The notes under the pieces were generated by a model. It was not told the origin of the DNA. It saw nothing but the letters and a program-made list of their open reading frames with translations, and did no database searches. Below, piece by piece: positions 26,341-39,877 of a DNA stretch of 64,000 nucleotides (position 1 is the stretch's first letter; each line of letters begins with the position of its first letter). The stretch spans positions 81,035,635 through 81,099,634 of the forward strand of contig NC_068987.1 of the NCBI RefSeq assembly GCF_001194135.2. Direction: 5' to 3'. The position numbers and the translations under genes were made by a program. This DNA is from Octopus bimaculoides (Eukaryota).

Positions 26341-29300
26341 CTGGTTTCGTTCATTGTATCTCTGCCTAGCAATTTATCTCAGAAAATGTTTGCTTATATA
26401 GAAAATAGAGGCAAAGAACTTAGTACGTCCCTAATAAAATTTGTTATAGACCCTATTATGTTGTTTATAAAAGAAAACGGAATTTTGCATCGGACAATGT
26501 AGTCTCCGATATACAAAAATGACAGAATTGCAAAGCTGGAAAATCAGAGCATTGGTATGCTCGATTAGAATTTATTTAGAGTTAAATAAAATCGTCATCG
26601 CGTATTCTAAATGATTATAACGGGCTGCTGTTGATCACTTTGACGAAGTGCATGGTAAACTGTTGTTTTGACGAAGTTTAGCGCTGATTGAACTGACCTA
26701 CGATCAAAAGCCTCGAATATGCTGTTGTAAATCTCTGACTACTTTTATCCAATGTGTTCTTTCTTGTTTCATTCGGTGATAGTGTGAGCTGTAATCTGGC
26801 TCCTTCGTTTGTAGCATCATAAATCGATAGACAGAATATATTGAAACCCGAACTCAAATCACACAGACGTCCGTTTTGTCTTTCACACTTCTGAGTCGAG
26901 TGCCGTGGCTGAATAAATTGATTAACTCTGTATCAAAAATTGTGACTCAGAAATCATTGAACAAATGAGCGATTTGATTTTTACTTACGAGCATACGAGC
27001 AGTGTGTTTTTTTTTCTTCTTTTCTTTTTGCTTTGGTTTAATGCTTTTAAATACTTTGATCTAAGTCCACAGCAGAAATTAAATAGCTTTGTTTTATAAT
27101 CACGACTTAGCTTCTTTTCGTGATACTAACAAGCTTAATTATCAATGGTAGTTTTTTTTTTGTTACTGTTGTTACTTGTTACTTAAGTCACTGATTGATT
27201 TGATATAATTTGCTTTTCAATTGCATTAAGTCACGATTGTTTAGTCTGCAAATATCACTCCAAATATTGCTTACCTTTCTCCAAACCTCATTAACTCTTG
27301 AATTATTTGGATAGGGTGAGAACTGGTCCATAGTTAAGATTATTCATTTCAGTTTATTAACTTATTTGATTAATAGTAAAATTTGTTTTGCTAACTATAT
27401 GATTACAATTGTAATATGACTAATATGAAAAGCAGTTGATCCTCAATTCACAACTTCACTTGTCTCTTGCACTCTTTTTGCTACAATGCTGCTATATTTG
27501 AGGTTGGCTCATTTGCTGTTCTCAACATTTAACATCAACCATCAACACTTATCATATCAATGACTGATGCTGTGAATACTACAAGCCTGAACTCCTTTTC
27601 ACCTTTAAACATTGACTGTAATCACCCACCATTATCTTTGCACACATTCAAACTTTTGATTGGTATACTATCAAGGTAACTCATCTCAGGACATACTGTA
27701 CAACATTGCATACCCTTCAATTCTTTTGTACTTACAAATCCCTTAAGCTGGACCACTGTCATGTTAGCTTCCCCTCGTCTCTGACACATCCACATTAGCT
27801 AAATGACTGAAACCATTTTCCAAATGGTTCCCTTGCAGCTATACTGTAATACTAAATATGTTGGACTCCATATACATCACTACCACCAGCTGAGAGGCTT
27901 TTAACTAAAGCTATAATGCCTGCATGGCAGTCATTAGAAAGACAATGCATAGCCTGGAGGTTCTCTAACTTACAAAATTGCTGTCTGATTTACACTAAAG
28001 TCTCTACTTACTTAGCAGAATACTCTTATATGCCATTTTTCAGTCAAAATGCAGTGTGTCCCCTTTAAAGCCATCATATTTGTTGCCTATTTTGTATCCA
28101 TCTCCAAACTACAACAAACCTCTACCAAACTCTGCTTCACTTTGTTTCCTAGTCTCACCATTATGTGCATATAGGTGTCAAGTTGGAAAAATCTATTTTA
28201 GCTTTGCTACAACAAAGCAAATGATCTGATGCAGCTACTTTCAAACAATGTACTCTGGACCTAGCTTCTGTCTTTCAAAACTCTTCAATGTTTCTTTATA
28301 AGAAACTACTAAAGTCTTTAGTGTGCACCATTCCCAATAACAACAATCTCTCTAACCTTATCAACAATGAACCAGTCAACCTCATTTGAAACATTCCAAA
28401 AGTGATTAAAACAATAATAAGCAGCTATTATCTTATGTCTTTCTCCAGTGTAATCAGTATAGTTTCCATAAAGCCAGATATACAGGAAATTTGTTCTATG
28501 TAATCTCTTACTGTGTAGTCTCTTACTCTGGGAACTTTGAAAACAATGTTACTAAAGATAACACGAAGGAAGCTTTTCATTCTGTTTTGTAAGAGAATCT
28601 CTTAGCTATGTTTCCTGCTTTGCTGTCCTCTATTTTTCATCTTTTGGATTAGAAGTTTCTTGTTATATTGTTTGATATGTTGTTTCTTTCCTCTTTTTGA
28701 CCTCTGAATTTACAGAATGTATATTCCAGTTATCCATGACAACGTACATCTCTTTTCTGCTTGTCACCTTTACTAAGCACTCTTATGTATTACTATTTAG
28801 CTTCTCAAACTTCTGATGATAAATTCCAGCCATAATCTTACCAGATTCTATTCATACATAATGCACCTAGGCCATCAGTATCCAATCTGCACATTCTTAT
28901 TTGCACATGACAACAATTAAAACATTGTCAGTACAAATATTACAGCTCATAATCTATGATTGCTTAGAAAATACTTCAATATCCAAATAAGGATTTGCAC
29001 ACAGAGCATGAATTGACAATTCCTCTAAAAGACTAGATGGCATTTTGTCTGATGCCCTGATATTGGTTTGTCTTCGATAAATTGATATCCAGTAGAAACT
29101 GAATTTGAGAGTGGATCTATGAATATTTTGTGGATAGATATAAATAAACAAAACAACAAATACCGCAAGTTTCTGATAACAGTTTCAGCTCATGATACCT
29201 AAATATTTCTCATTCTTAACACAAGACACTTAAAAATCAATGCCTGGAGAATTTAGAATATAATCAATACAAGAAACCTAAGTTGCAATTATGGAACCAT

Positions 29301-32175
29301 TTTAGCTCTGTAAACAACACAATTGCCACTTAATAAGTGACCTTTTGTATATTGATGAAGAATAATTGCTATAAAATCACACAAGTTAAGTGCATCTACC
29401 TTAAAATTGTGTAAAACATCTTTACAATACATAATTTATTCAGATAATGAGTATAGGAGATGAAAGCAACTTGTTTAAAAAAGTTTAATAAGTTTTGTCT
29501 TACGTGCAAGTTAAAGAAGGAGTACATAGTGTAAAAATAAAAATTGGAAGTAAGAGCGTTTAAAAGTTTTCCATACTATAAAGAATTTCCTAATGTGTTT
29601 GGCAAAATGTTTGTTTACATATTATATTGTTAATGTGCTTATTACTAATACAAGGATTAGAATCTTAGCACTTAAAATTCTTTGTATGATAAAAAATATA
29701 ACTAATGCACCCATATGTAGGTGAATGCACACACTGAGAAATGTGCATACACACACACTCGTACAATATGCTACATTTGGTCATGATCCTCTAGCCACTA
29801 TAGTGCATCACTTTCAGGGTTTTTCGTCAAGTATATCTCCCCCACTACTTATTCAACCAGTTATTTTATTGATCCCATTTTATTGACTCTCCTTATATTA
29901 TTCCATATCTGCATAGAATGTTGGTCTGGTGATAGATTTATGCATGCACTCAGGCACACACACACACACACACACAACAGTATATATATCTCCATTTTAA
30001 AATATATACAGTCTTTGTATGTCTTATGAGGAGACTAAAAGGGTTACTACAAGAAGGGCGTCCAGTGTCTCAGAAAATGTGTTCCACCCTTACCAACACA
30101 CAGTTATGCACATGTATGTATTTGTGTGTGAAGAGAGAGGGGGAAGGAGGAGAAAGAGGAAGGGAGGGAAAAGAAAGAAAGAAAGACAGAACCTAATCTG
30201 AGTGTGACAAATCAACAGATTTCTCTATGATAATGTGAACAATTGATAGACAGGAGCAATATGTTGATTGGATAGTTCCATTTCTTTTTGAACAAAGGAA
30301 TGAAGTGAAAAATGTTTCTTTGCACAAAGTGCTACAATTACACAATTAAATTTAAATTTATTCAACATTTCATACTTTCTTCTATATCTACATATATAAA
30401 CATGTTACTGTATTATTGTTTCAGAAGTATAGGCTAACAGTAGACAATTTATATTATTTGCAAGTCGTATATTCAAGTTATTGTCTTTATTCAAATTAGA
30501 GAGCAAGGAAAGAAGGGAAAAATACAAAGGGAAATAGGATAAAATGTTGGCTTTACCAAATTGATGTTTTTCATTTGTCAAGGTTAAGGCAGTCTTTTAA
30601 AGTTCCAATTCAGTTGGAATGGAAAATATTCCATTTACAACTTTTTATTTAGTATCAACCATTACAAAATTTTTTTTTTGTTTATGTATCCTATTGGTGG
30701 GCTGAATGATAATTTAATAGCTAGTATAGACCAGTTTTTATGAATTTATATTGTATAAAATGAAATATTGGTTTCAAATTTTGGCCCATGGCCAGTAAGT
30801 TCAGGGGATGGTTTAAGTTGTTTACATCAACCCAGTACTCAACTGGTACTTATTTTATTGACCCTGAAGGGATGAAAGACAAAGTCAACATCAGCAGAAT
30901 TTGAACTCAGAATGTAAAGACTGACAAAATAGCACTAAGTATTTTGCTTGGCATGGTAATGATTCTGCCAGCTTGCTGCCTTATGTATAATATGAAATAT
31001 TACAATGAATATATTGGATGCTAGTTGATCATCTCTTGGAGCCAGTTTTGCAACATTTTGTTGTAAATGGCATTGTATTTTTTAACGAAATCAAAGTGTG
31101 TATTGTTCATGGACTTTTATGCTAAGAACTACTGCAGTAATTAGAATGTTAAAAGTAAAATTTTTGATACCTGTATTTGTTTTATATAAAAATAGTAAAA
31201 GAAAGAAACTCTCCTTATCTGGATTCATTTATACAAAAAACAATTGAATTGGTGCTGCTACACTTTGTTTATAGGTGTAATGTGGACAGGAACACTTGTG
31301 CTAATATTGAATTGTAAACTGTATTTATGTTCTACAATAAAAATAAAGCATACAGACTGACATAAAATTTAGAAACTGCCCACTGTCTAGAAGTGGGTTA
31401 GCAAATTAATTATACAGCACCTATAAGCTATGCTAATAATAACTACTATAATAGTAAATATAGAGTAAAATTTAATCTTGACACTTTTGTCGATTAAGAT
31501 ACGCTAAATCATTTTTCATAGTGAAAATAAATCTATAATTAATACTTAGATCTAATTTCAGTGGTACTGATTTCTTTGAGAAACAAGAAGGATATAATTA
31601 GGTGAACTTATGTTCTAGATGCAGTTCCATGGTCAATGAGATTTATCTGAGGTTTGGTTATTGCTTTAAATTATTTCTGGTACTTATTTTATTTTATTGA
31701 CTCCAAGGAGATTGATGGTAAATTTCATTGCTACATAAGTGGAAGACCGAATATACAGAGGTAAAACAAACAATTGGGCAATTTATACAGTACATACTGC
31801 TTTTGTCTACTCTCTGCCTTCTGGTCTCTATATTATTGAGATGATGAGAGATGAAATTTCCTTTCAGGTAAGATAGTTTATTATCAAGGGTAATTTTATA
31901 AGGTGAGCTAGTATATCTTCTACCTTTACATTTGAATAAATTGAGATGAATGCTTTTCCAATGACCCAGGGCTATGTCTTCTGAAGGACCAATCACATGT
32001 ATTGATTTCAGCTTTGAATCTGTAGGGTTATAAACTCATTTTGAGTTAAGTAGATATTAGATTTGAAAAGCATGTTAATTTTATTGGATGTAGATGTGAT
32101 TGCAATCAAGATTTTGAATTTTCAAGAATGATAACACAAGTTGATTTGTCTAAAAATATGTATAGTGAGGATTCT

Positions 32176-32455
32176 TTGAGTTGGTTGTTATTCATGTGAA
32201 ATGGGGCATTGAACAATCTTTATTAATACTGAATGTTGCCACTATCCATATATGAAACGGCAAAGGAATGCAAGATGAAGGAAGGATTTTGAATTTTAAA
32301 GTTGTCAGGTGAATTTGAGTTGGTTGTTATTATGTGAAATGGAGCATTGAACAATCCTATTAATGCTGAATGTTGCCACTACACATTATATGATGTAGCA
32401 AAGGAATGGAAGTTGAAGAGAGGATTTTGGAACTTTTAAGGTGTCTGGTGAATTC
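32176..32455. repeat. Diverged ~140-bp tandem duplication
   Basis: gagttggttgttatt...gtgaaatgg.gcattgaacaatc...ctgaatgttgccacta occurs twice, 140 bp apart. Confidence 0.85.
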
Positions 32456-34339
32456 AGGAGATTAAGAAACTTGAACCTTTGAATTGTTATCGAATAAGGA
32501 ACAAGGCTAGGATTTATCGGTTGGTTGTTATTGATAAAAAGAAAGTAATAGAGAAATGAAAGAAATTCAGTGTTATTGCTCAATACATTTAAAGATAGCA
32601 TAAGCATTGAAGAAACTTGGAATGAAGGTAGTCAATATTGAAAATATTACATGATATAAGCACAAGACTACACACTTTTATGAGGGGAAAAAGCTGATTT
32701 ATCCAGCTCATGGTTTTCTTGTAAATTAAGAGGCCATCTATGTTATATATGAACTAAGCTTGTCTTGCTTTTCAATAGGCATTCTAAATAGACTGTAATT
32801 AGGTTTTTAAGTAGGTGTTAATTATTTCTAGAATTTCAGAATTATATAAATGCTACAGTTGCACAATTCAAAAAAGTAGTAAGCTGCATATCTGAATAGT
32901 CTCATACTGATAAGCGAAATAGAAACCAATTGATATGAATAGAAGAAAGAGAATAGCTTTGATATCACAAAAACAATATTATTTTCTTTGAAGAAAGCAC
33001 TTGAAATAAATCATTAGGAGTCCTCTTTGGCTTGAGAGATGCAAAACAATGAAATAACGCAAGTTAAATTAATATATTCCAGCAATTTTGGTAGCCACTG
33101 AAAATAAATTTGCAAGCAAATAAATGCTGCAGATTTATTATAATCATTTATATGTTGGTTTTAGTATTTTTCAGAAGACTAAAACTGACATGAATCAGGT
33201 AAATTTGTACTGAATACTTGAAGATTAGTGCTGTGATTAAGTATTACACAGCAAGAGTCATAGTCATTCCCTTAGTAGGGATTAGTATTTAATTAGAACA
33301 TAAAAATTTGTGTTTTAAATATTAAGCGCAAAAGCTATTTTGAAAGACAGGAAGCCATATAATTTGTCAATGTTTTAACATCCACTTTCCATGCTTGCAT
33401 TTCTCTGATACTCATCATGTTGCCAAGCTTCACTTGTTTTCAAGCAGTGTAATATTTCTCCATTGCTGGATATGTTTTCACTAAAGGTTGGAGACAAACA
33501 CAAATTATATGCATGTTGTACTCATTTACAACTAGTGCACGATATTGAAACAGGGAAATACAAACATACACACGCTGACATGCACATGTGTTTGCATGTA
33601 TGTGTGTGTATGTATATGTGTATGCATGTATATCATCATTATCATCGTTTAATGTCCGCCTTCCATGCTCGCATGGGTGAGATGGTTTGACAGGAGCCAG
33701 CCAGGCAGATGCCTGCACCAGATTTCTGTGACTGTTGTGGCAAGATTTTTACAGCTGGATGCCCTTCCTAACACCAACCACTTTACAGTATGGACTGGAT
33801 GCTTTGTAAGAGGCATCTGCACTGACAGGGTCATCAAGTAACTTGCATGACAAAAAACTTTTGAGAGGGGAGGGGGCATTAGAGGAGGTGATCTTGTGTC
33901 AGATGATGAAAGGTTGTAGTAAGACAGACACAGAAACAGGCATCTTGCTGTAGAGGAGGTACAAGGTTATGACAGAGAGAGAGATCAGCAATGAGGACGG
34001 AAACAGGTGTGCTGCTGTAAAGGAGATACATGGTTACCCAACCTGAGGGAAGTGCAGGAGAAGGAGAGAGAGAATGTGAGAGACAGCACTATAGAAATAG
34101 TTGAAAAGGCAGTGAGTTGGCAGAAACGTTAGCACGCCAGGTGAAATGCTTAGTGGTATTTCATCTGCTACTACGTTCTAAGTTCAAATTCCACCAAGGC
34201 TGACTTTGCCTCTTAAAAACTCGTATTTTTTTGTTGTTAAGTCTCTATGTCTAATAGAAAGATAAGAGTTTCTTCCCTTCCAGGATGAAGATTATTTTCA
34301 GAATATTATCCCATTATGCACCGTTTTGAGTATTTATAC

Positions 34340-35168
34340 NNNNNNNNNNNNNNNNNNNNNNNNNNNNNNNNNNNNNNNNNNNNNNNNNNNNNNNNNNNNN
34401 NNNNNNNNNNNNNNNNNNNNNNNNNNNNNNNNNNNNNNNNNNNNNNNNNNNNNNNNNNNNNNNNNNNNNNNNNNNNNNNNNNNNNNNNNNNNNNNNNNNN
34501 NNNNNNNNNNNNNNNNNNNNNNNNNNNNNNNNNNNNNNNNNNNNNNNNNNNNNNNNNNNNNNNNNNNNNNNNNNNNNNNNNNNNNNNNNNNNNNNNNNNN
34601 NNNNNNNNNNNNNNNNNNNNNNNNNNNNNNNNNNNNNNNNNNNNNNNNNNNNNNNNNNNNNNNNNNNNNNNNNNNNNNNNNNNNNNNNNNNNNNNNNNNN
34701 NNNNNNNNNNNNNNNNNNNNNNNNNNNNNNNNNNNNNNNNNNNNNNNNNNNNNNNNNNNNNNNNNNNNNNNNNNNNNNNNNNNNNNNNNNNNNNNNNNNN
34801 NNNNNNNNNNNNNNNNNNNNNNNNNNNNNNNNNNNNNNNNNNNNNNNNNNNNNNNNNNNNNNNNNNNNNNNNNNNNNNNNNNNNNNNNNNNNNNNNNNNN
34901 NNNNNNNNNNNNNNNNNNNNNNNNNNNNNNNNNNNNNNNNNNNNNNNNNNNNNNNNNNNNNNNNNNNNNNNNNNNNNNNNNNNNNNNNNNNNNNNNNNNN
35001 NNNNNNNNNNNNNNNNNNNNNNNNNNNNNNNNNNNNNNNNNNNNNNNNNNNNNNNNNNNNNNNNNNNNNNNNNNNNNNNNNNNNNNNNNNNNNNNNNNNN
35101 NNNNNNNNNNNNNNNNNNNNNNNNNNNNNNNNNNNNNNNNNNNNNNNNNNNNNNNNNNNNNNNNNNNN
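34340..35168. other. Assembly gap (N run); other gaps at 38356-38883, 56072-56170, 20646-20655 and 56523-56531
   Basis: N runs visible in the sequence. Confidence 0.99.
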
Positions 35169-35194
35169 ATATATATGTATGTATATATATATAT

Positions 35195-35414
35195 AATGTG
35201 TGTGGAGGTGCAATGGCCCAGTGGATAGGGCAGCGGACTCATGGTTGGAGGATCGTGATTTCAATTCCCAGATCGGGCATTGTGAGTGTTTATTAAGCGA
35301 AAACACCTAAAAGCCCCAACTTTCTCTCCCTGTTTTTTGAGTAACACTGTGATGGACTGGCGTCCTGACCAGCTGGGGGGAACACAAATTCCATAGAAAC
35401 CGGGAAACCGGGCC
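35195..35414 (+). mobile_element. SINE with family D tRNA head and a different 3' body
   Basis: Head matches the 16740-17101 element up to gcgaaaacacctaaa, then continues gatggactggcgtcctgaccag...gaaaccgggaaaccgggcc. Confidence 0.7.
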
Positions 35415-35424
35415 TATATATATA

Positions 35425-35614
35425 TATATTAAAAATGGGGAATGTCAGTTAATGGGATTAGCTTATATTTTCCGTCCATAAAAACCTGTTGACCCATAAC
35501 CACTTCAAAATATGGAGGGGTTTTTAGGATCTGATGATACACCATAAAGCTAAACCCTTATGGACAGGAAACCAAAGGTAATCCCATAAACCAGCCTTTC
35601 CCATTTTTAATATA
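35425..35614. mobile_element. MITE with ~57-bp imperfect terminal inverted repeats inserted in TA
   Basis: tatattaaaaatggggaatg...atgggatta...tccataa versus ttatgga...taatcccat...cccatttttaatata. Confidence 0.7.
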
Positions 35615-35679
35615 TACTGTTCTACATCTTAGAGTGTGCTTCTTCTTTCGGATTTATGTTTTCTACAAACGATACATAC

Positions 35680-35724
<45 letters not shown>

Positions 35725-37587
35725 TTCATCTACCAAATCTACTTACAGGGCTTTGATCTGCCTGGTCCTGTAGTAAAAACACTATCTAAAGGTGTTATGT
35801 TGTGAGACTGAACCTGAAATCATGTAGTTAAGAAGTGACATTCTTAATTATATTTCCAAGTTGTAAACTAGATTAAGAATCAAATTTACTTTCATTAAAC
35901 ACATTATCATATAAGTATGATTATGCTGCAAACTTAGTGAATTATGTTCAATTTGCCATTCCTCAAACACAAATTAATAGTTTGCTTCAATGCACACAAC
36001 ATTATGCATGGGTCTTAACAAATACTGATTTTGCTTTTGCTATTTGTATTAATTTACTCATTAGAGATATAATTAACTTGATATACTAACTATATGAACA
36101 AAATTTTAAAAGTTGTAAAATGTTTCAAATGTTAAAGTATTTACTTTTCCTTTTTATTTCAAACACTTTTGTTTTAGTAAATTTATATGTATGAACAATA
36201 GTCATAATTTTTGCATTAACTGTAACACCATCATAATTATTCTGACATCAATAAATAATTACAATGTGTAATTGTTGAGACTGTTGATTTTTCATGGCAT
36301 CAGTTGGTGTCACGAAGAACATTCGACTTTCTGTCATTGAAACTAAAAATAACATGAGAAATGTTTTAGAAAATGATTTAATTAACTTAAACTAACTGAT
36401 CAAAATTTAGAAAATTTCCTTTCTCATTTTATTATTTCTTATGCATGTATATGTCATTGTATGTGTAGCTTTATGTGTGTATATGCATTTGTGTATTTAT
36501 GCATATATGCATTTGTGTGTATATGTTACTTAACTATACAATAGTATTTCTAGATATGAACAACAGAGCGCATGGAGGGAGAAATCAGGATAAACACAAG
36601 TTTATATTTAATATAAACTTTTGTGTTTATCCATATTACACACACACAATTCAAGCAGATTATAATTTTTTTAAGGACTAACCTAAAACCTATGTTTGAA
36701 TATATGTTTGGTTGCTATGTCTGCATCCACACTTTTTTCAAAGTCCGGTTTACTTGTATTCATCTTTATATTCAGGTTTTGGATTCTGTTTTGGTTGACT
36801 TTACATTCCAAACTCTTATGAGCTAATTAAATAATGACCAGTCAAGTACCAGTAGAACTAATCAATTCTTATTTTCTACACAATGTATGTCTTGTGCCTA
36901 TACTCAAAACTATTAGACTGTATCTGTTTTGTTGAAATAAATTTTCTAATTTACTCCTAGCAGAGTTGCATGCTGTTTGATCATATGCATGTGAACTACT
37001 TCTATTGATTGGTCAGTTGGAAATATTTTCTTAGTTTTTAGCATTATGAATGTTGACCTTTGTCTTATATTTGAAAAAAATTATATGTAATGTTCTTATA
37101 ATCTATAACCTTAATGAGATGAATTAAATTTTGAGGGTTTTAATCTAGTATTTAGCATTAATCCTCATTAACAATGATTACACTTTTCTTATGTCATTCT
37201 TGCTAAATGTTATATATTTGGCATAATTCTGAATGGAGGTGAAACTTAGTTAACAGCTATTACATCTTGTTTTCTATGGTGTAGGGAAGTGGAGACATAT
37301 TTATCCATGACCTCTATCTCTACTGACAACCTCTGCTATATACTTGGATACTTGCACAGACTAAGGCATAAATTAACAGTTTTCTCCTTGTCTCTCTATC
37401 GATTTTTTTTTCCCATTAGTTCTCTCTCCAGGCTTCTTTCAGTTTCCATCTACCAAATCCATTCACGATATCTCTTGTTGGCACAAGGCTATTATAGAAG
37501 ACACTTGCCCAAGGTACCACACAGTGAAACTGAACCTAGAAATATGGTTAGGAAGCAGACTTCTTACCACACAGCCATGCCTGTGCC

Positions 37588-37593
<6 letters not shown>

Positions 37594-37659
<66 letters not shown>

Positions 37660-37695
37660 TATGCATTTGCGTGTGTTTGTGTGTGTGTGTGTGTA
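37594..37695. repeat. (TA)n followed by (TG)n microsatellite
   Basis: Directly visible. Confidence 0.97.
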
Positions 37696-38883
37696 TGTAA
37701 AAGCTCTACTCTCTGTATTGAGTACTCTTTCCTTCATTTGTAAACAAAAATACATATATTCTTGCATGCAACCAGAGGCTAGAGGTTTAAGAGGTATTGC
37801 CCGAGTGCTGATTATGTGGAAAAATTTCTTTATCTTTTACTTGTTTCAGTCATTGGAATGTAGCTATGCTGGGGCACCGTCCTGAAGTTGAATAAATTGC
37901 TCCAGCATTTTTTTTTATCTAAGTCTGGAACTTATTCTATCATTGTCTTTTTACTGAGATGCTAATTTACAAGGATGTAAGCAAGCTAACACTGGTTGTC
38001 AAGTAGTGAATGGGGGACAAGCACCACCTATAAATATCATAATCATCGTCATCTGTTAAAGTCTGTCATACCGGCCATGATGAAATACCACAAGGTATAA
38101 AAAATACGTATTCGTCTTTATATTTAATCCTTTATATTGAACACTCAATATTTCATCTATTCAATAAGACATATTCCATATATTCAATAAGACATTCAAT
38201 ACTTTATTTCATTGTACCATCCATTTTTATTTTATATTATATATTGTATATTATATTATATATTGTATATTCCATATTCTATATCCCACATTGGTTTTGC
38301 AGGAATATAAATAAAACATAAAAAACAGTGTTGGAACTCATTTAAACAAAATAATNNNNNNNNNNNNNNNNNNNNNNNNNNNNNNNNNNNNNNNNNNNNN
38401 NNNNNNNNNNNNNNNNNNNNNNNNNNNNNNNNNNNNNNNNNNNNNNNNNNNNNNNNNNNNNNNNNNNNNNNNNNNNNNNNNNNNNNNNNNNNNNNNNNNN
38501 NNNNNNNNNNNNNNNNNNNNNNNNNNNNNNNNNNNNNNNNNNNNNNNNNNNNNNNNNNNNNNNNNNNNNNNNNNNNNNNNNNNNNNNNNNNNNNNNNNNN
38601 NNNNNNNNNNNNNNNNNNNNNNNNNNNNNNNNNNNNNNNNNNNNNNNNNNNNNNNNNNNNNNNNNNNNNNNNNNNNNNNNNNNNNNNNNNNNNNNNNNNN
38701 NNNNNNNNNNNNNNNNNNNNNNNNNNNNNNNNNNNNNNNNNNNNNNNNNNNNNNNNNNNNNNNNNNNNNNNNNNNNNNNNNNNNNNNNNNNNNNNNNNNN
38801 NNNNNNNNNNNNNNNNNNNNNNNNNNNNNNNNNNNNNNNNNNNNNNNNNNNNNNNNNNNNNNNNNNNNNNNNNNNNNNNNNNN

Positions 38884-39307
38884 AACCCCCTGCACTGATA
38901 GGAACTGTATCGTATGTAGATTTAGCCCACAAACGAACTGCAAAACCAGAAATGTGGTCTATAGTATAAGATGTACAGAGGGACGATGCAGAAATAAGAC
39001 AATGACATATGTAGGCGAAACAGCAAGGAGCATAGGGGAGCGGGCAAACGAACATTGGAGGGAACTTAAGGAAGGGAAGAACTCATCAGTTCTGTACCAG
39101 CACGCTGAGCAAGAACATAGAGGCTCAATCAACAACATAGAAATTAAAATCTTATCTACACATAGCAGTGATGCAGCACTTAGAAAAATTACTGAAGCTA
39201 CACACATAATAGAAGAGAAACCTAGCCTGAATAGGAAACTAGAATGGAACACACACACACCACTAACAAACCACAAACCACAACATATGACAACATGTTA
39301 CCCATAA
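38884..39307 (+). mobile_element. Penelope-like element GIY-YIG endonuclease domain (C-terminal ORF end; 5' part lost in gap)
   Basis: Stop-free from the gap edge: TPCTDRNCIVC...CKTRNVVYSIRC...MTYVGETARSIGERANEH...LYQH...RKITEATHIIEEKPSLN. This has the VY/YVG (GIY-YIG) motifs, the catalytic R and E, and the Cys-rich linker of Penelope elements. Confidence 0.9.
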
Positions 39308-39836
39308 ACCAATAATAATATGATCAAAATATAATACAATACATAGATAAACAAATGGAATTAAATACTACATACGTTAACAAAATTTAATTAAACACAA
39401 AAAAAACACAAAAAAAACACACAGTAGATAAAAAAACAAACAAACAAACAAACAAAAAAAACACACACACACACATGAAAAAATAGATAAATAAGAACAA
39501 ATACAAACGAACACGTATTAACAGAGAATATAGGTGATACAGACACTCCCCATACACACATGCACTTACAAAAGACATAGACACATTGAAGGACACGCAT
39601 GCGTAGACACATACAATAGGAATACAAAATACAAAATGGCTGATAGTTAGCAAGGTGAGACACACATAAGAAAGAAGGAAACAAAGGACCACTGATGAGG
39701 TTACAGAAGTGTGACGAAAGAACTCTGGCCGAAATAAGATTAAGATTAATGTAATATAAAGCTGAAGCAAATCAACACCAAATATACAGTGCGTGTGTTT
39801 TTATTGGCTAAACTGGCAATATGACCATCCCCAAGT

Positions 39837-39877
<41 letters not shown>

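Noticed and set aside
26889-26952. 9-bp inverted repeat ttctgagtc/gactcagaa as a snoRNA or miRNA
   Set aside because: Interior does not pair and there are no properly placed C/D or H/ACA boxes.
28550-29150. Possible Tc1/IS630-like transposase relic (minus strand, MYVVMDNWNIH)
   Set aside because: Only one decayed motif; not enough to annotate.
31740-31868. Open frame ending at a strong donor TTTCAG|gtaaga
   Set aside because: No recognisable peptide or partner exons; likely a chance splice signal.
33176-33199. 24-nt candidate micro-exon (tttcag|AAGACTAAAACTGACATGAATCAG|gtaaat)
   Set aside because: Its phase (0/0) does not fit the phase-2 SPO11 intron 1, and there is no supporting homology.
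34314-35306. Four long ORFs (300-330 aa) and the 38338-39055 ORFs
   Set aside because: Artefacts of N gaps translated as X.
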